From a bacterium (GTDB lineage Bacteria > Bdellovibrionota_C > UBA2361 > CALJRW01): 54,018 bases of DNA. Numbering within the stretch: the first letter of the stretch is position 1; each line of letters begins with the position of its first letter. The notes under the pieces are model-generated. The model was not told where the DNA came from. It worked only from the letters and a program-made list of their open reading frames with translations, and did not search any database. The position numbers and the translations under genes are program-made. The stretch is from the NCBI GenBank assembly GCA_031385045.1, contig JANNBC010000031.1, positions 1-54,018 of the forward strand, given 5' to 3'. This document shows positions 49,021 to 54,018 of the stretch, piece by piece.

Positions 49021-49395
49021 CTATCTAACTCGGGCTCCTAGTGGGGCATCCTTTGATGGTGCAAGTAAAATGATATCATCAATACCATCAGCTGCTAGCA
49101 ACATGCCTTGAGATTCTTCGCCCATTAATTTCGCAGGTTGTAAGTTGGCAATAATAATAATCTTACGACCAATTAATTCTTCTGCCGAGTAGTGCTTAGC
49201 AATTCCCGCTAAGATTTGTCGTTTACCAAGTTCTTCACCAAGGGAGACTTGAAGTTTTAAAAGTTTATTAGACTTAGGAAGGGGTTCAGCCTCAAGGATC
49301 TCGGCAACTCTAAGTTCTACTTTGGCAAAGTGATCAATTGAAATTAAATTTGATTCTTTAGGTGTTTCCACCGGGGTTGTATTTTCAGTTTCCAT
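49021..49395 (-). CDS. Stand-alone MetRS C-terminal tRNA-binding (beta/Trbp111-like) domain
   Basis: ISIDHFAKVELRV, KLLKL, RQILAGI and ANL.PAKLMG.ESQGMLLAA. Confidence 0.88.
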   Translation of the reverse strand: METENTTPVETPKESNLISIDHFAKVELRVAEILEAEPLPKSNKLLKLQVSLGEELGKRQILAGIAKHYSAEELIGRKIIIIANLQPAKLMGEESQGMLLAADGIDDIILLAPSKDAPLGARVR

Positions 49396-49451
49396 CGATA
49401 AATTCTAGCCTAGAAATGGTTTTTTGTCATTCTTTAGCAAAGGATTTTGGG

Positions 49452-50405
49452 TTAGGGGATTAGGTACTCGTCTAGATTGCTATGCTCTAAATCCATACTA
49501 GAGTCAGCAAAGATGGCACTCAGAAGGCTAACGGCATGAAGGTTACGTTGAGTAATATAGTATTTAGTTAGTAGGATATTGTTAAGTAATATGGCAATTT
49601 TATGCTGTTGTTCTGGCCCCTTGGGGAGTAGCATCTGCTGTCTTAGGATAAGTTCTGTAAAGAATAGAAAATCGATTAAATCTTCTCTTTCTTTTGTTAG
49701 CGGTTTGATTATTTCGGTAAGTGCCTGAACTTTACCAGCGAATAAGTCAGTTAAAAATGTTTTAGTCATCTTCCAGAGATCTGGCTTAGTCAAAATCTGC
49801 CTAATGCTTTTTAAGCTTCCTGAGGCATAAGGTAAAATATTTGTTAGATTTATTTCGCTGGGAATGTCTATGTTTAAACTGCCGCTATTGATAATTTCAG
49901 AAATCTCAGAGGTAGACAGATCTGCTAAATAATAAGTCTGAGATCTAGATCTGATTGTAACTGGTATGAAAGAAGGATTAGCAGAGATTAAAATATAATA
50001 GGTATTGGGACGAGGTTCCTCTAAAGACTTTAGTAGAATATTACTACTAGTGATTGATAGCGATTCCGCATTATCAAAAATCAATACTCTTGCTTGGCCA
50101 CCAAATGCTTTTAGTGAGAGTAGATTGATAATCTGACGAATCGATTCCGCACTTACTTGCTCTTTCTCTTGACAGTCTAGTTGGTGAAAATCAGGATAGT
50201 TTCCTGCAAGGAATGGAAGACAGTTAGTGCATTCGCCACAACCACCATAAACTTTGTTAATGCAAATTAAGGATTGAGCAATTTCGTTTGCTACTAATCT
50301 TTTTCCAATTCCAGCAGTTCCCGCAAGCATCATAGCGTGTGGTAGCTTATTTTCTTGGTGTAGTTTACTAAAAATTTTGCGGATGGCTTGATGACCAATA
50401 ATCAT
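49452..50405 (-). CDS. holB: DNA polymerase III delta' subunit
   Basis: HAMML.G..GIGK, zinc Cys cluster, LLKSLEEP and TIRSR; follows tmk. Confidence 0.9.
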   Translation of the reverse strand: MIIGHQAIRKIFSKLHQENKLPHAMMLAGTAGIGKRLVANEIAQSLICINKVYGGCGECTNCLPFLAGNYPDFHQLDCQEKEQVSAESIRQIINLLSLKAFGGQARVLIFDNAESLSITSSNILLKSLEEPRPNTYYILISANPSFIPVTIRSRSQTYYLADLSTSEISEIINSGSLNIDIPSEINLTNILPYASGSLKSIRQILTKPDLWKMTKTFLTDLFAGKVQALTEIIKPLTKEREDLIDFLFFTELILRQQMLLPKGPEQQHKIAILLNNILLTKYYITQRNLHAVSLLSAIFADSSMDLEHSNLDEYLIP

Positions 50406-51076
50406 TTCACTGTTTTTATTTGAAGAAGATATAAATCTAATATTTTTTTAGTACTTTTCCACACCTGATCGGCGCTTTGAGAAGCATCTAGGATGATAAA
50501 TTTTTCTGGTAAAGATTTGGCTTGCTTTAAGAAGCCTTGGCGAATCTTTTGATGGAAACTTAGCTCTTCTTCCTCAAAGCTATCACGATCTTTATCACTT
50601 TGGCGATTTCTTTGTAGTCCGATCATTGGATCTAGATCTAGTAGCAGTACTAAATCAGGTTTTAATCCTTCAATTGCTAGTTGGTTAATTATGTTAATAC
50701 TTTTAAGATTTATTTTTCGTCCATAACCTTGAAAGGCTGTCGTTGAGTAATAGTAACGATCGGAGATTACTAGCTTATTTTTTTTTAGCGCTGGAAGAAT
50801 GATCTTGTTAACATGATAGTTGCGATCGGCTGCAAATAGAAAAAGTTCAGATAGGGCTGGAAGTTTTTCTGTATTATTTAAAACTAATTCTCTCAGGTCC
50901 TTTCCTAAGCTTCCGCTTCCTGGTTCTCTAGTAAGTAAATATTGCTTGTTCTTAGATTTGAGATACTTGGAGATTTTTTTTAATAGGGAACTTTTCCCAG
51001 CCCCATTCACCCCTTCTAAGACAATAAAACCAGAGGGCTTCTTAAGTGTTTTAATCTGCGAAGTCTTAACCAGCAT
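50402..51076 (-). CDS. tmk: dTMP kinase
   Basis: EGVNGAGKS, TREPG and DRYYYSTTAFQG. Confidence 0.95.
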   Translation of the reverse strand: MLVKTSQIKTLKKPSGFIVLEGVNGAGKSSLLKKISKYLKSKNKQYLLTREPGSGSLGKDLRELVLNNTEKLPALSELFLFAADRNYHVNKIILPALKKNKLVISDRYYYSTTAFQGYGRKINLKSINIINQLAIEGLKPDLVLLLDLDPMIGLQRNRQSDKDRDSFEEEELSFHQKIRQGFLKQAKSLPEKFIILDASQSADQVWKSTKKILDLYLLQIKTVK

Positions 51077-51437
51077 AAAGTTCCAAGGCGTATTGAATCT
51101 GGTTCATGGTATATGGTTTAGTGATATAATAGTCCGCACCGTGCTGGTAGCCTTCCATAATATCGTCATCTTGATCTTTAGCAGTGACCATTACTACTGG
51201 AATCTTAGCTAGGTGCTTTAATTTTTTAAGTTGTTCCAAGAGTTGGTAACCATTCATTCCTGGCATCATTACATCCAGAAGGATAATTGAAACATTTAGA
51301 TCAGCTGCTTTCGCCATGCAGGCTTGCCCCGATTCAAACTCAATCGGATTATAACCAAGAGTTTGTAACATCATGGATAATAAGTGACGGGCATCTGCAT
51401 CATCTTCGACAACTAGGACATTTTTTTTAGTAGGCAT
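51066..51437 (-). CDS. Single-domain response regulator
   Basis: VVEDD, LDVMMPGMNG, TA and KP. Confidence 0.92.
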   Translation of the reverse strand: MPTKKNVLVVEDDADARHLLSMMLQTLGYNPIEFESGQACMAKAADLNVSIILLDVMMPGMNGYQLLEQLKKLKHLAKIPVVMVTAKDQDDDIMEGYQHGADYYITKPYTMNQIQYALELYAG

Positions 51438-51538
51438 AAAAAAAGTATAACAATAAAAATAAAAAGTTTACAGCCTGTTTTATGTAATAAATTGTCATAG
51501 AAAACAAAGATAAGGCGTAATTTTTGTTTTTTTCTAGG

Positions 51539-52459
51539 CTAAAATCCTTTAGCAAGTCCTAGGACTGTCTTAATATAAGGCTCACTTTTATTATACTTCC
51601 AGACTACGTCATGTTCTGAGACTTTGCCCCAGCCATGAGAATGAAAATAGTTGGCAACAGAGGCAATTGCATCCGCCTTAGAATATAGCGAGCGACGACC
51701 ATCCCCATCAAAATCAACGGCATAATTTAAATAGGAGCTAGGTAAAAATTGAGGCCAACCAAAAGCACCAGCCGAAGATCCTAAAAAGTTAAAGGGGTCA
51801 ATATTGCTCACGGCACAAATATCTAGTGTAGCGATAATTTCAGGTAAGAAGGTGCTTTCTAAGTATTGAGCACGACTGACTACTTGTTCCCAAGTTACCT
51901 TATGATCATCTTTTTTTAATCGAATTAGGTTTTCCTGGAGATTTTTTGGATCACTAATATTTGCTAGGCGTGACAAGCGATAGACAATTACTTCTTTGCC
52001 GGTGTTTTTCCCAAAGTAAGATTCCACTAATAGAATTGCCGTAATGATTTCCGCTGGAACTTGGTATCTGCTAGTTACTTGATCAAAGATTTTCTGATTT
52101 TCATTAATAAACTGTCGGCCTAAATTGAAATTTTTTTTACTTTGAAATCCTTGATAAATATCATGAGGTTCTCTAGGCTTTAAGCTAAAAGTAACTGGTT
52201 CGAATTTTGGAATTTTGGGATTAGCATAAATATTAATTACTTCTTTCTCTGGTACGCCTTCTTGCAGTAATCTAGAGGCGACATATTCCCATCCTTTGAA
52301 ATTATAACCCTTGGGAAGAGCTGGCAAAGTTCTAACTTTGCTTTCATAGCTGAGAGTTGTATTTTTAGCCTGAATTATTTCCTGTTTGGTGTATTGGGCG
52401 CAGGCTTGTTGTGTGAGTATGATTAAACTTAATAAGAATATTTTTCGAAAATGAATCAT
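51539..52459 (-). CDS. Lytic murein transglycosylase (MltB/SLT_2 family)
   Basis: VES.FG, GSSAGAFG.PQFLPSSY, VDFDGDG and SVANY. Confidence 0.9.
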   Translation of the reverse strand: MIHFRKIFLLSLIILTQQACAQYTKQEIIQAKNTTLSYESKVRTLPALPKGYNFKGWEYVASRLLQEGVPEKEVINIYANPKIPKFEPVTFSLKPREPHDIYQGFQSKKNFNLGRQFINENQKIFDQVTSRYQVPAEIITAILLVESYFGKNTGKEVIVYRLSRLANISDPKNLQENLIRLKKDDHKVTWEQVVSRAQYLESTFLPEIIATLDICAVSNIDPFNFLGSSAGAFGWPQFLPSSYLNYAVDFDGDGRRSLYSKADAIASVANYFHSHGWGKVSEHDVVWKYNKSEPYIKTVLGLAKGF

Positions 52460-52469
52460 GTCTTGATGT

Positions 52470-53483
52470 TTAGGATAAAGAATTAATTAGGTCATGAAAA
52501 ATAACTTCTCCTCCCAGTGATTTATTTTTTAATTTACTATCGGCTAGGACAAGTGCTTTTAAGTCTTTAATTAATCCTTTTAAGTCTTTTTGGGAAGCGA
52601 TGGAATATTGTTTATTAAAAATCCAAGATGACATTTTAAGTGCTGCTTGGATTTGATCCTGACGGTATCCTTGATTGCGCAGCGAGGCTATTAAGTAATA
52701 ATTGAGATAATTGCTTTGAAGTAAGGCAGAAAGATACAATGCTTCTTTTCCTTCCGATAAGGCCTTACTGACAAGTTTTTGCGCTTGCAGTTTATTGCCG
52801 GAAGAGATTGCTTCTAGCCAAGCGTACTCGTACACGGAAAGCTCACTTGGAAAAAGCTCTTCAAGCATAGTTAAGGTCATTTTTTGTCCGTCAGCAAAGA
52901 GTTCTAGCATATCAATTTTTGCTAGTGCTGACTCGGAGGAAAGCTCACAGGTTTGAGTAAGTTGTTCAATAACCTTGGGATCGGCATTTAAGCTTCGGGA
53001 ATTAAATTCTTGTTTCACCCAATTTCGAAAATTGGCTAGATCAAAGTCAAGTAATTGGATTATAGATTGCTGAGCTTTAAATTGTTTCATTAACCGACTA
53101 GTGCTTAGTAGATTGGTACCTAAGAAAAAATAAAAATTATAGGTATCTTTTTGTTCTATTAAAGCGACCAGTAAATCGGTTTGCTTAGCCGTTACTTTTT
53201 CTAGTTCTTCGATTAGAAAAATTTGTTTCTTTGAGAAAAAAGACCGAACATTAGATTCAAAAATAAAACTTTTAAGATCCTGCTCTTTAGCCTGAGTTAA
53301 TTTAATTCTCTTAATATCAAATTGCCATTTTTGATCGACTTGAAGTTTTAAGCCTTCAGCGATCTTAGTTAATGTGCGTTCTCGGCGAATTCGATCTGTT
53401 GCTAGGATGGCGATATAGCGAGGAGGCTCTGATTCTGATAAGAGCTTTTTAATTTGTTCGATGGGGGAAGATTTCGCGGACAT
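52470..53483 (-). CDS. holA: DNA polymerase III delta subunit
   Basis: Size, SFF motif, and a HolA-like C-terminus (ADSKLK); divergent. Confidence 0.7.
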   Translation of the reverse strand: MSAKSSPIEQIKKLLSESEPPRYIAILATDRIRRERTLTKIAEGLKLQVDQKWQFDIKRIKLTQAKEQDLKSFIFESNVRSFFSKKQIFLIEELEKVTAKQTDLLVALIEQKDTYNFYFFLGTNLLSTSRLMKQFKAQQSIIQLLDFDLANFRNWVKQEFNSRSLNADPKVIEQLTQTCELSSESALAKIDMLELFADGQKMTLTMLEELFPSELSVYEYAWLEAISSGNKLQAQKLVSKALSEGKEALYLSALLQSNYLNYYLIASLRNQGYRQDQIQAALKMSSWIFNKQYSIASQKDLKGLIKDLKALVLADSKLKNKSLGGEVIFHDLINSLS

Positions 53484-53715
53484 GGAGATAGCATAGCTTA
53501 AGATTATGGGGAAGAAAAAGGGGAGAGTGAGATTGAGTGTTAAGTAAAATAGAAAATGCGATTAGAGATTGGTTGAGCGTGATTTACGCTAGAGGGGGCT
53601 ACCAAATAACTCTTGATGTATATTGGGATTCTGATCGGCATTGCGACTAAGGTAATGCCCAGCTATTTTCTACGAAAATAGCTATGCACTTTTATTTCGC
53701 TAGGCGAAATAAAAG

Positions 53716-53788
53716 TGCCCAGAGGCGGGATCGAACCGTCGACACAAGGATTTTCAGTCCTTTGCTCTACCGACTGAGCTATCTGGGC
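53716..53788 (-). tRNA. tRNA-Phe (GAA)
   Basis: Reverse complement GCCCAGATAGCTCAGTCGGTAGAGCAAAGGACTGAAAATCCTTGTGTCGACGGTTCGATCCCGCCTCTGGGCA; CCA not encoded; one A-C mismatch in the T stem. Confidence 0.95.
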
Positions 53789-54018
53789 ACATTTTATAGC
53801 TTGGATATCTAGCAAATTTCTGGGTTAGTTACAAGTTTTGTAATCGTTTTGGTCATTTATTTGCAAAAATTACCTTATATACTAAAACCCATTAGAGACT
53901 CTGTTAATAGTCAATAAAAAAACAATTAAATGTTTTAAATATGTTGAGTTAAATATCGGTCACTAGACCATTGTTTTCCGTCCCGCACCATCGCATTTAA
54001 AGTAATTAGTAGCTTTCT

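Noticed and set aside
5052..51212. Short ORFs nested in or antisense to identified genes (5052, 5553, 7191, 14401, 21675, 24394, 29419, 30502, 30931, 32777, 33000, 38258, 39792, 40879, 42879, 44263, 47274, 50820)
   Set aside because: They are shadow frames of well-supported genes and show no recognisable motifs.

Overview
An AT-rich bacterial chromosomal segment. Gene content and order suggest a deltaproteobacterial or Bdellovibrionota-like organism, which is an inference. (1) 1-141: 3' end of an IS3-family element, followed by palindromic MITE-like repeats. (2) 469-18368: a surface-glycan locus with scrambled gene orientations (GT4 glycosyltransferases, O-antigen ligase-like protein, sugar transferase, ABC exporter, methyltransferase). 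It is interleaved with a full set of lasso-peptide-type maturation enzymes (cyclase, RRE/PqqD, B2 protease, HPr-kinase-like kinase, nucleotidyltransferase) and an orphan Flp pilin. I found no lasso precursor. (3) An RluA-RlmI/K fusion, a cyclophilin and priA. (4) A type IVa pilus region: pilMNO, rpoH, pilB, pilC, a fused PilS-sensor/PilR sigma54 activator with no kinase or receiver domain, a sigma54-driven Geobacter-like pilA, a TMTC-like glycosyltransferase and a PilG/H/I-like ABC system. pilT and pilPQ are missing from their usual positions. (5) Housekeeping genes (secA, orphan nuoB, tatD, MetRS C-terminal domain, holB, tmk, mltB-like, holA), tRNA-Trp and tRNA-Phe. Intergenic DNA is rich in long palindromes and carries a small repeat family with a fixed internal loop. 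All product calls come from reading motifs by eye; no database search was run.
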